DNA of 64,000 bases, taken from positions 48,967 through 112,966 of the forward strand of contig JBMNVW010000001.1 in NCBI GenBank assembly GCA_050947035.1, read 5' to 3'. This DNA comes from Patescibacteria group bacterium (GTDB lineage Bacteria; Patescibacteriota; Microgenomatia; 0-14-0-10-38-17). Below are positions 19,509-28,169 of the stretch, piece after piece (the stretch's first letter is position 1; every line of letters starts with the position of its first letter). The position numbers and the translations under genes are program-made. The notes under the pieces were generated by a model. The model was not told the origin of the DNA. It saw nothing but the letters and a program-made list of their open reading frames with translations, and ran no database searches.

Positions 19509-20908
19509 TACTTCTTTCTAATAAATAAAGTCTTGGGGGGGGTAATTTTTTGGGCCAAAAAAGTCTCTTTGATTATTTTGGTTGTCCGAGGCAAAAATGG
19601 CTCAATCATCACCGCAACTAACAAAATATCATCAACAAACCCAGCCAGTAGTTGGCCTTTTTTCTTCTTATCCTTAATTTTCCAGGGTTGAGCCCGATTA
19701 AGCCTTTGATCAATTAAGGTAATTTTTTGCCAAATTAATTTTAAAGATTTTAAAATTTGGTAATTATTTAGGGCCTGGCCAGCTTCTCCCTGAAAAACCT
19801 TTTCGGGATTTGGCCAAGAAGCAAAAAATTCTTGTTCCGATAATTGACAAAGCCTAGAAAGACGAGCCACCAAATTACCCAGGCCATTAGCTAAATCAGC
19901 ATTATATTTTTCCTTCATTTTAGACCAAGAAATATCACCATCACCACTTAGAGTTTTGGCGGTAGCCAATAAATACCGGGCTCCATCAGAACCAAACTCT
20001 TCGGCTAATTCCTGAGGACGAATAATATTACCCAAAGATTTGCTAATTTTTTGACCATTAAGAGTCAAAAAACCATGAGCATAAATTGTTTTAGGCAAGG
20101 GGTAACCGGCTGATTTTAACATTGCCGGCCAAAGTAGAGCGTGCCAGCGAGTATTGTCTTTGCCTAAAAGATGAAGGTCGGCCGGCCAAAAATCTTTTGG
20201 CGCCCCCGTTAAATAATTAATCAAAGCATCAAACCAAACATAAAGAGTTTGATCCGGATCATCAGGAACAGGAATTCCCCAGCTAACATTTTGCCGAGAA
20301 ATAGAAATATCCTTTAAGTCCTGGTCTAAAAAAGCCAACATTTCCTTGGCCCGACTTTGGGGTTTAATAAATTCAGGGTTATTTTTAATATGATCCTTTA
20401 AGAAGTCCTCATATTTTGACCAAGCAAAAAAATAGTTTTCTTCGGCTAATTTTTTAATTGACAAATTGGGGTGATGGGGGCAATGACCGTCCTCAAGATC
20501 GGCCACCGTCTTATACTCCTCACAACCGGAGCAATAAAAACCAGAAAACTTATCTCGATAGATATCGCCTGATTTTTTAACCCGAAGATAAAAGTCCGTT
20601 GCTTGTTTGACATGGTCTTTGTCGGTAGTACGAATATAGCGGTCAGGACAAATATCAAGAGCGGATAATTGTTTTTTGTTACCCGAAACTACTCGATCAA
20701 CAAAATCAGCCACCTTGAAACCGGCTTCTTTGGCCGCCTCTTCGGCTTTGCCACCATGCTCATCAGACCCAGTCAAGAAGAAAACCTCCTCACCCAAAAG
20801 CCGGTGAAAACGAGCCAAAATATCGGCTACTACCTTTTGATAGGCATGACCGATATGAACCACATCATTGACATAATCAATGGCCGTAGTAAGATAAAAT
20901 CTTTTCAT
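19508..20908 (-). CDS. metG: Methionyl-tRNA synthetase (short form)
   Basis: 466 aa, class I aaRS with HIGH (VHIGHAY) and KMSKS (KISKS) motifs and a CxxC zinc knuckle; the N-terminus is MetRS-like. Confidence 0.9.
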   Translation of the reverse strand: MKRFYLTTAIDYVNDVVHIGHAYQKVVADILARFHRLLGEEVFFLTGSDEHGGKAEEAAKEAGFKVADFVDRVVSGNKKQLSALDICPDRYIRTTDKDHVKQATDFYLRVKKSGDIYRDKFSGFYCSGCEEYKTVADLEDGHCPHHPNLSIKKLAEENYFFAWSKYEDFLKDHIKNNPEFIKPQSRAKEMLAFLDQDLKDISISRQNVSWGIPVPDDPDQTLYVWFDALINYLTGAPKDFWPADLHLLGKDNTRWHALLWPAMLKSAGYPLPKTIYAHGFLTLNGQKISKSLGNIIRPQELAEEFGSDGARYLLATAKTLSGDGDISWSKMKEKYNADLANGLGNLVARLSRLCQLSEQEFFASWPNPEKVFQGEAGQALNNYQILKSLKLIWQKITLIDQRLNRAQPWKIKDKKKKGQLLAGFVDDILLVAVMIEPFLPRTTKIIKETFLAQKITPPKTLFIRKK

Positions 20909-20979
20909 AATTTGTTAAAAAAAATTATCAGTGCTTTTTATTAATCTTACCACTCTCCAGAAGAAGGTAAAGGGTTTTT

Positions 20980-21339
20980 TTAAGAGGAAAGGCTAAAAAT
21001 ATTCTTAATCTTCTTTTCCCAATTAGCTGCCCATTCTTCTGCTTCTAGTTTTTCTAAGATCTTTTTAACCCCCGGTTTAGTAAGATCATTTTGAAGCTTG
21101 GCAATCGTGGCTGGGGAAATGTGAAACCTGGCCCTAATTTGACTATATTTTTGGCCTTTTTTTAAGGCCCAAAGAATGGCTAATCTTTTGGCTAAAGCAA
21201 TTTGTTCGGCCGAGCTTAATAATTGACGACAAAAACTTTCGGCCTCTTTGGGAGAGCCAATATCAGCAATCAACTGATAAAGATAAGCAAAAATCTCCTC
21301 TTTAACTTTGGGATCTAATTTCTTGCCGGATAGGCGCAT
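20980..21339 (-). CDS. TrpR-like DNA-binding protein (YerC/YecD family)
   Basis: 119 aa; SFCRQLLSSAEQIALAKRLAILWALKKGQKYSQIRARFHISPATIAKLQNDL aligns with the YerC/YecD TrpR-fold family. Confidence 0.6.
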   Translation of the reverse strand: MRLSGKKLDPKVKEEIFAYLYQLIADIGSPKEAESFCRQLLSSAEQIALAKRLAILWALKKGQKYSQIRARFHISPATIAKLQNDLTKPGVKKILEKLEAEEWAANWEKKIKNIFSLSS

Positions 21340-21454
21340 AATTCAATAGATTAATGATTATTACAATATAGTATAGCATATTTTTTCTTCTGACTATCTT
21401 GCATAATTAGTTGTCTACTGATAGAATGGCACCAGATAAACAAAATAATAATTT

Positions 21455-21703
21455 ATGCCTATTACCAAATCGGCCAAAGGGGCCCTTAAAAAAGACCAGC
21501 GACGCCAAGCAGAAAACCTAAAAACCAAAAGCGCCTATAAAAAGGCGATTGACTATTTTAAGAAAAATATTTCTGCCAAAGCTTTATCTAAGGCTTATAC
21601 CAAAATTGACCGAGCCGCCAAAAAACACGTAATTCATAAAAACAAAGCCTCCCGTCTTAAGTCCCAGCTGGCCAAACTCCTAAAAGAAAAGGGGGAAAAA
21701 TAA
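21455..21703 (+). CDS. rpsT: 30S ribosomal protein S20
   Basis: 82 aa basic protein, MPITKSAKGALKKDQRRQAENLKTKSAYKKAI... S20 pattern. Confidence 0.85.
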   Translation: MPITKSAKGALKKDQRRQAENLKTKSAYKKAIDYFKKNISAKALSKAYTKIDRAAKKHVIHKNKASRLKSQLAKLLKEKGEK

Positions 21704-21831
21704 TCAAGATCGTATTTATCTTTCCTCTTTCTTTCTTAGACTTTTACTTTTCTTCCGACTAACAATAATAGCAAATAATTAAAACCTTATTTAGCTAAAG
21801 ACCAAGGACAAAAGACCAAAGACCAAAGTCT

Positions 21832-21860
21832 TTGACAATCCCTCAAAAAATGCCTATACT
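21832..21860 (+). promoter_or_regulatory. Sigma-70-type promoter (TTGACA-N17-TATACT) for the pilN/pilO-like operon
   Basis: Exact -35 TTGACA (21832..21837), a 17-nt spacer, and -10 TATACT (21855..21860), 25 nt upstream of the 21885 ATG. Confidence 0.65.
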
Positions 21861-21884
21861 GGTTTTTAAGATTGTTTATCTTTC

Positions 21885-22418
21885 GTGCCTAAAAAAAAGC
21901 CAGAAATTTCACTATTACCAAAAGAGGGGGGACGATTTGACCAAGTCTCCGATTGGGTTATCGAAACTGGCCGCTGGATTGTAGTTTTAACGCTTTTTTT
22001 TGTTCTCTTGGCCTTTTTATCTCGTTTTTGGTTAGATCAAAAAATTGCCGACCTTTACGCCCAAACGGCTCAAAGAGTGGCTATTGTTGAGGCCACTCAA
22101 GATTTTGAAGAAGAATTTCGTTTTTTACAAAACCGGCTTGAAAAAATAAAAGCTCTTGATGGGCAAAAACCCGACCAAGCAGAAAAAATTGAAAAAATTG
22201 TTGCTATTCTACCCGAAAAAATTAACCTAACCTCTCTCGAAATCAGCCAAGATCAAGTTAGTTTTTCTGTTGTTTCTCGAAACGAGACCGACTTAAATAC
22301 TTTTTTCCAAAACTTAATCCTTTGCCCTTATCTAGATCAAATCAATATTGCTAGCATTTCTAGCAAAACCTTTGGCCTAGAAACAGAACTATCTATTAAG
22401 GCCAAATTTAATGATTAA
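21885..22418 (+). CDS. pilN: Type IV pilus assembly protein PilN-like
   Basis: 177 aa; N-terminal ISLLP (INLLP-like) motif, single TM, periplasmic coiled coil plus a ferredoxin-like domain. Confidence 0.5.
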   Translation: MPKKKPEISLLPKEGGRFDQVSDWVIETGRWIVVLTLFFVLLAFLSRFWLDQKIADLYAQTAQRVAIVEATQDFEEEFRFLQNRLEKIKALDGQKPDQAEKIEKIVAILPEKINLTSLEISQDQVSFSVVSRNETDLNTFFQNLILCPYLDQINIASISSKTFGLETELSIKAKFND

Positions 22419-22420
22419 AA

Positions 22421-23068
22421 ATGATTAACCTGCCAAAACCATCTTTTCGCCATTATCTGTCTCAAGTTCCCGCTCCGGTTCGGGAAAAAAGTCAAAAATG
22501 GGCCCCCACTGTCGCCGCTCTTTTCTTAACCACTTTTTTTATTATTTTTGCCATTCGGCCAACCGTTATTACTATTTCTGAGCTTTTGGCCGAAATTAAA
22601 GCCCGAGAAGAATTAAACCAAAAGTTAGGGGTAAAAATTGATCAAATCTTTGCCGCCCAAGCCCTTTACAATCAGGTTTATGATCGTCTTTATCTTCTCG
22701 ATCAGACTTTACCCACCAATCCCGACTTTGCCCACTTTTCTCAAACTCTGGAAGGCAATCGCTTAGAGACTAATTTGGCTCTAAAAACCCTTAACTATTC
22801 TTCAATTGTTTTAACAGAAAAAAAAGATCAGGGGTTAACAAAAGAAAGTCAAAGTTTTATTTTCTCTTCTGGTCTAGCCGGCAATTATCCCAATTTAAAA
22901 ACCCTTCTTGATAATATTTTTCATCAAAGAAGAATTGTCTATATCGACAACCTTAAAATTAGCCAAACCAAAAACAATCAAGATGAGGAAGAATCAACTA
23001 ATTTACCATTGACAATTAGCCTTAACGGCAAAGCTTTTTATCTGGGTTATGAACAAAACAAAGAATAA
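22421..23068 (+). CDS. pilO: Type IV pilus assembly protein PilO-like
   Basis: 215 aa bitopic protein with a coiled coil, immediately after pilN (3-nt gap). Confidence 0.4.
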   Translation: MINLPKPSFRHYLSQVPAPVREKSQKWAPTVAALFLTTFFIIFAIRPTVITISELLAEIKAREELNQKLGVKIDQIFAAQALYNQVYDRLYLLDQTLPTNPDFAHFSQTLEGNRLETNLALKTLNYSSIVLTEKKDQGLTKESQSFIFSSGLAGNYPNLKTLLDNIFHQRRIVYIDNLKISQTKNNQDEEESTNLPLTISLNGKAFYLGYEQNKE

Positions 23069-23393
23069 AATAAAAAAAGACAACGACTGGTTGATTATTG
23101 CTATTTTTGTCTTGATTTGCGCTCTTGCTTGGGTAGGCACCAACACTTATCACAGTTATGTTGATAAAAAAGAAGTTGTGGCTCAAAAAGATTTGCTTGT
23201 TCCTCTAGAACCGAAAATAGACCAAGCCCTGTTTGATATTTTGGAAACAAAAAATTATTTAGAGGAAGGAAGACTAATCGAAATTCTTTCTGATTCTGAT
23301 ATCAGCCTAATAACCCCAACCCCAAGCCCAGTTGAATTGCCAACCGAAGAGGATTTGGCCCCTATTCCACCAGAAGAAATAGAAATTCCGTAA
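23049..23393 (+). CDS. Small bitopic membrane protein with Pro-rich C-terminus (hypothetical, pilus-operon associated)
   Basis: 114 aa, one TM helix, overlaps the pilO-like gene by 20 nt. Confidence 0.3.
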   Translation: MNKTKNKIKKDNDWLIIAIFVLICALAWVGTNTYHSYVDKKEVVAQKDLLVPLEPKIDQALFDILETKNYLEEGRLIEILSDSDISLITPTPSPVELPTEEDLAPIPPEEIEIP

Positions 23394-23397
23394 AATT

Positions 23398-24807
23398 ATG
23401 GGGAGAAAAAAAAGAACAAGGACAATCCCCAGTATCGTCGGTCTATTAATCTTATCCAGTCTTGTTTTGGGTGGTGTTTATCTGACGCAAAGGTTAAAAA
23501 CAGGCCGACAGGTTTCCGCCTCCGCTCAACCGGTGTCAGTAAGGGTAGCCAATATCAAGGCTCAATCGGCCACCATATATTGGTTAACTGAAGAGCCGGC
23601 CCAGGGCAGCGTTAAAATTAATAATCAAGTTTATCTTGACGACCGAGACAAAAATCTTAACCAACCCCAAAACTATCTAACCCACTACGTCACCCTTGAC
23701 AATTTAAAGCCAGAAAAAAATTATCAATTTACTATTATTAGCCAAGGCCAAGATCATCAAGAAAATAATTTCCAATTTACTACCGCCCGCTCTTTGGCTG
23801 GTCCGACTAAAGAGGCTGATTTGGCCTTTGGCCTAGTCTTGGACCAAACAGGCCAACCCTCGTCTGGAGCCCTGGTTACTTTATCTTTAACCGGGGCGGC
23901 TAGTCTTGCCAGCCTAACCGATCAGGCCGGCTTTTGGTCTATTCCCTTAAGTACGGCTTATCAAAAAAATTTAACTAATCCAATTGATTACGACCAGGAA
24001 AAACAAATCTTGGAAATTTTTGTTGAGGCTAAAATTGGCACAGCGGCTACCGTTATCACCAATACCGGTAACGATCACCCTGTTCCCCCCATTACTATTG
24101 GCCAAACTTATGATTATTCCCAAAATCCCCCCTCTCCTAAACAACACCCCCAAGATTTCGACTGGTCAAGTCCGGAAATAAAAGAAGAAATAAATAATCA
24201 TTTTTCTCAAGAGGAACCGGCCAAAACCGAGACAACAACTCAAGAAGCAGAGAAGCTTCTTCTTGATATTGACAACCCTCAAGAAGGAGAAACTGTTCTT
24301 ACTACTCGACCAAAATTTTCCGGTCAAGGACCGGCCAATCAAAAAATTAAAATTACCCTAGAATCGGAAAAAAAGTTTGAAGAAGAGGTGGCTGTTTCTT
24401 CTTTTGGCTCCTGGCAATGGACCCCGCCGGAGGGCCTTGCCCCCGGCCAACATACCATTACTGTTGAATATTACGATGATAATAATCTTCTTCAAACTAT
24501 CTCTCGAACTTTTGTTGTCCAAGCCGCCAGCGCTTCTCCTTCGCCAACCCCAATTACCCCCCTGCCAACCAGACCAGCCAATACCCCAACCCCAACTCCA
24601 AAACCACAAAATACAATTACCCCTTTATCATCACCAACAACAACTTTAACCAGCCAGCCTTCTCCCACTACAGTCTCTCCCATCCAAGAAGATCCCGGCC
24701 CGGAAAAAATTGTTTCCGGCAGCTTGACTCCCTTGGTCATTCTTGCTATCTTGGGTTTAGGCCTTATCTGTTTTGCGGTTAATATTTATCAAAATAAATG
24801 GCAATGA
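23398..24807 (+). CDS. Cell-surface protein with N-terminal FN3-like domain, Pro/Thr-rich stalk and C-terminal TM anchor
   Basis: 469 aa; signal/TM at the N-terminus, an FN3/purple-acid-phosphatase-N-like domain (SATIYWLTEEPAQGSV...KPEKNYQFTII), a PTPxP linker, and a C-terminal hydrophobic helix. Confidence 0.45.
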   Translation: MGRKKRTRTIPSIVGLLILSSLVLGGVYLTQRLKTGRQVSASAQPVSVRVANIKAQSATIYWLTEEPAQGSVKINNQVYLDDRDKNLNQPQNYLTHYVTLDNLKPEKNYQFTIISQGQDHQENNFQFTTARSLAGPTKEADLAFGLVLDQTGQPSSGALVTLSLTGAASLASLTDQAGFWSIPLSTAYQKNLTNPIDYDQEKQILEIFVEAKIGTAATVITNTGNDHPVPPITIGQTYDYSQNPPSPKQHPQDFDWSSPEIKEEINNHFSQEEPAKTETTTQEAEKLLLDIDNPQEGETVLTTRPKFSGQGPANQKIKITLESEKKFEEEVAVSSFGSWQWTPPEGLAPGQHTITVEYYDDNNLLQTISRTFVVQAASASPSPTPITPLPTRPANTPTPTPKPQNTITPLSSPTTTLTSQPSPTTVSPIQEDPGPEKIVSGSLTPLVILAILGLGLICFAVNIYQNKWQ

Positions 24808-26171
24808 TACCACCTAAGCCCCAAAAACCACCCCTACCACCGAAACCCGACCAAAAACCCTTAAAGGTTAACACTAAAACCGCTAACATTAATCAACCAA
24901 AAGAAGGAAAAACTTCCTCCTCCCAAAACCAAAAAAGAAAAAATATTTTTATAATTGTGGCCCTTATTCTTTTGGCGGCGGCGGCCATAGCCGGAGCCTT
25001 CTTCCTGCTTCAAGAAAGGCAAGATATTAGAAAAGCGGCCGCCCCATCAGATCTACCCTCATGTGATAATTACACGACAACCCGTTGCTATGGTGAATGT
25101 GAGGGATGTATAGAATATGAAATTTGCGAAATTGACGGAGGAGGTTGGTGCCGAAATCGTCTAATTAATCCTGATTCTCCCCGGTGCGGCCCCGATTGTG
25201 GTGAGGATAGCGGTGGTGGTGATGATGGTGGAAGTGGCGACGAAGAAGCCCAAACTTGCTCACCAGAAAATCCGGGAGCAGAAAACAGCTGGTGTGTTAG
25301 CCAACACAGTCAGGAAACCAAAGAAAATGCTACTTGGTCTTGCGAACCGAATAGCCCGGATTCCGGCGATGACGGCTGCTTGCAAATTTGCCAATCCGGC
25401 TACGTTTGGGAAAGCGATTTTAGCAAATGTATAAAAACCGCCGGAGAATCGGGCCAGCTAATTTGTCAAAGAATTAACAACCACGAAATCAAAATTACCA
25501 ACAATACGGGCACGACTATTCCTTATGAGAAAATTGTCTTCCGCGGCTGCCCCTATGATAGTGCTGATTGCCAAGGCAGTCAATATCGAACCGAATATGT
25601 CCAGCCCTCAATTAATACCGGCCAGACTAAAACCGAATCCACCGCCCCAGCCTATTGCGAAACAATCCAGCTTGATATTAAGAGTCTTTCTTCCCAATAC
25701 TCCTGCCTTACTTCTGAGGGCCAACCTTGGGACGGAGGAGTCGCTTTTGCCATTGATCATCATTGGGACGAAACCTGCGAAGAAGATGAACCCCCAACAC
25801 CAACAGAACCAGAACCCACTATTACTCAACCCGAATATAGTTGCAACTGTCATACGATAAAAATTTACGATCAAGATAAAAACCTAATCAACGCTGACAA
25901 TCTAGAAAATTTAAGGGCCGGCGATCTAATTTATATTGGCGTTGTTGCCAACAACGGCTATCCCAATTACCCGGTTACCAAGGCCCAGATCCGGGTTAAT
26001 CGCAATTACTGGCTCGAACAAGACGAAACAACGGAAAAAATTGATCACGACCATCCGGCCCATCTAGTGGAATTTATTAAGCCCTACACAATCCCTGACG
26101 GTATTTTAAACTTTAAGGTTGAAGCAGAAGTTTATCTTGATGCCCCGGGCGATCTTGGGGGCTGGTTATAA
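24798..26171 (+). CDS. Cys-rich surface protein with N-terminal signal anchor (hypothetical)
   Basis: 457 aa, Pro-rich cytoplasmic head, one TM helix, about 30 Cys in the extracellular part. Confidence 0.4.
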   Translation: MAMIPPKPQKPPLPPKPDQKPLKVNTKTANINQPKEGKTSSSQNQKRKNIFIIVALILLAAAAIAGAFFLLQERQDIRKAAAPSDLPSCDNYTTTRCYGECEGCIEYEICEIDGGGWCRNRLINPDSPRCGPDCGEDSGGGDDGGSGDEEAQTCSPENPGAENSWCVSQHSQETKENATWSCEPNSPDSGDDGCLQICQSGYVWESDFSKCIKTAGESGQLICQRINNHEIKITNNTGTTIPYEKIVFRGCPYDSADCQGSQYRTEYVQPSINTGQTKTESTAPAYCETIQLDIKSLSSQYSCLTSEGQPWDGGVAFAIDHHWDETCEEDEPPTPTEPEPTITQPEYSCNCHTIKIYDQDKNLINADNLENLRAGDLIYIGVVANNGYPNYPVTKAQIRVNRNYWLEQDETTEKIDHDHPAHLVEFIKPYTIPDGILNFKVEAEVYLDAPGDLGGWL

Positions 26172-26177
26172 GTTATT

Positions 26178-26909
26178 ATGACAATTAAAAAATTCTTTAA
26201 AACTATTGCTATTGTTCTTTCGGTCCTTTCCCTTTTAGGACTAACGGTTTTTTTGGCTTATAAAATCCATCAAACCCGGCAGGAAAGCCTGGCCCCCACC
26301 GAGCCGGAAGCGGTGAGTCAGGACTGTACCCTAGAATTTAGCATTAAGCCGGCCCCGGTAGAACCGGAATGTTATCAAACCTGTGACCTTGATAATGACC
26401 TTTGTCCTGATGGTCTAGCCTGCCAAGAAGTCGATGGAAGCCCGGTTTGTGTTAATCCCGATTGTCCGGAAGAGGAAGATTGCCTTTGTCCGGAACCTAT
26501 TCCTGAATGCTATCAAACCTGTGACCTTGATAATGATCTCTGCGCTGGCGATTTAGTTTGCCAAGAAGTCGATGGAAGCCCGGTTTGTGTTAATCCCGAT
26601 TGTCCGGAAGAGGAAGATTGCACCTGCCCGGGGGAACCAACCGCCACTCCCACCCCCACCGCTACTCCGACTCCAACCGCTACCGCTACTCCTTCCCCAA
26701 CAGTAACTCCTACTCCCACTTCTCAACCAGAAGCCACTACTACCCCTGGCCAAGATGAGCCCACCCAAAAACCAGCCACCGTTGCTCAGACTACTCCTAC
26801 CAGTCCACCCCCAACAACCCTACCGGAAGCTGGCAGTATCTTGCCTACTTTGGGAGTAATTTTGGGCGGGTTAACCCTGGCTGCTCTAGGCTTCTTTTTC
26901 GTCTTTTAA
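26178..26909 (+). CDS. Surface protein with 2 x 46-aa Cys-rich tandem repeat, TP-rich linker and LPEAG sorting-signal-like C-terminus
   Basis: 243 aa; a repeat unit ECYQTCDLDNDLC..CQEVDGSPVCVNPDCPEEEDC.CP occurs twice, then TPTPTATPTPTAT, then LPEAG followed by a hydrophobic helix at the extreme C-terminus. Confidence 0.5.
   Translation: MTIKKFFKTIAIVLSVLSLLGLTVFLAYKIHQTRQESLAPTEPEAVSQDCTLEFSIKPAPVEPECYQTCDLDNDLCPDGLACQEVDGSPVCVNPDCPEEEDCLCPEPIPECYQTCDLDNDLCAGDLVCQEVDGSPVCVNPDCPEEEDCTCPGEPTATPTPTATPTPTATATPSPTVTPTPTSQPEATTTPGQDEPTQKPATVAQTTPTSPPPTTLPEAGSILPTLGVILGGLTLAALGFFFVF
26367..26642 (+). repeat. Tandem 138-bp near-identical direct repeat inside the CDS (2 units)
   Basis: Units 26367..26504 and 26505..26642 are about 90% identical at the nucleotide level. 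Confidence 0.85.
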
Positions 26910-26921
26910 CCACTTTTAACA

Positions 26922-28145
26922 ATGACCAAGAAAAAAATCGCTATTGTCGGCGGCGGTATTACCGGTTTATATCTTGGCTACCGATTAGGCGCCAAAAACA
27001 AAGTAACTATCTTTGAGAAAAAAAAAGCCCTCGGCGGACTGTTATCGAGTTTTTCTCTAGGCAATAACGGTTGGGCCGTTGATAATTTCTACCACCACTT
27101 TTTTCCCTCCGATAAAAATTTAATCAGCCTCCTAAAAGAACTTTCCTTACCATACTCTTTTAGTAAACCAACCAGCGCCATTTGGCATAACGGAAAAATT
27201 AGCCGCTTTTCTTCCCCCGCTGATTTAATTGCTTTTCCCAACCTTGGTCTTATTAATAAACTGCGCTTTGGGGCAACCATCGCCTTGGCAAAATTAATTC
27301 CTAATTATCACCTAATCCCCGATCAAAAAACAAAAAAGATTTTTTTACCCCTTGGCGGTAAAAAAGCCTATCAGGTGGTTTGGGAACCGTTAATGAGGGG
27401 CAAGTTTGGTCCCAAAAGCGAGCAAATATCGGCCATTTGGCTTTGGGCCAGAATCAAAAAAAGATCAGCCCGTCTTGGCTATCCTAAGGGAGGATTTATT
27501 ACCCTAAACCAAAAATTAGCCCAAGAAATAATTAATCAGGGCGGGCAAATTAAAACAAAAAATAAAATAAGCCAAATAAAGCAGCTGGAAAATTTTGACC
27601 AGATTATTTTCACCACTCCCAAAGCCGTCTTCAACCAAATTACCAAGCAAAAAAGGACCGATAACATTGACTATTTAGCCAGCCTTAACTTGGTTCTATC
27701 TGGAAAAGAACCTATTCTTAATAACAATCTTTACTGGCTTAGCATTGCCGATGCCTCCTTTCCTTTTGTGGCCGTTGTCAACCAGGCCGGATTAGTTGAT
27801 AAAAAAAATTACCATAATCTTTACCCGACCTATATCGGTGGCTACTACCAGCAAGACGATCCCTTATTGGCCGCTTCACCTCAGGAAATTTTGGCCCGAT
27901 TTGCTCCTTTTATTAAAAAAATTAACCCCCGCTTTGAAGAAAAAAATTTTCAAGCAAAAATAACTAAATACCGCTGGGCCCAACCGATCGTCGAGCCGGG
28001 CTACCAAAAAAAACGCCCCGCCTTTAAAACTAAATGGCCCAATACCTATCTGGTTAATATGGCCCAAATTTACCCTTGGGACAGGGGGGTTAATTATGCC
28101 ATTTTTCTAGCCGATCAATTCTTGAAAACAGTTGCTTTTGGATAG
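26922..28145 (+). CDS. FAD/NAD(P)-binding oxidoreductase (amine-oxidase / protoporphyrinogen-oxidase-like fold)
   Basis: 407 aa; N-terminal Rossmann dinucleotide motif IAIVGGGITGLYLGYRL...E....GG. Confidence 0.6.
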   Translation: MTKKKIAIVGGGITGLYLGYRLGAKNKVTIFEKKKALGGLLSSFSLGNNGWAVDNFYHHFFPSDKNLISLLKELSLPYSFSKPTSAIWHNGKISRFSSPADLIAFPNLGLINKLRFGATIALAKLIPNYHLIPDQKTKKIFLPLGGKKAYQVVWEPLMRGKFGPKSEQISAIWLWARIKKRSARLGYPKGGFITLNQKLAQEIINQGGQIKTKNKISQIKQLENFDQIIFTTPKAVFNQITKQKRTDNIDYLASLNLVLSGKEPILNNNLYWLSIADASFPFVAVVNQAGLVDKKNYHNLYPTYIGGYYQQDDPLLAASPQEILARFAPFIKKINPRFEEKNFQAKITKYRWAQPIVEPGYQKKRPAFKTKWPNTYLVNMAQIYPWDRGVNYAIFLADQFLKTVAFG

Positions 28146-28169
28146 TTAATTAGTTTAGAATAAGGCTAA

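Noticed and set aside
26922-28145. UDP-galactopyranose mutase (Glf) assignment for the flavoprotein next to the DPPRT gene (by analogy to the Mtb Rv3805c-3809c locus)
   Set aside because: It lacks the GAHIFHT-type Glf signature. The sequence fits a generic amine-oxidase/protoporphyrinogen-oxidase-like Rossmann flavoprotein better.
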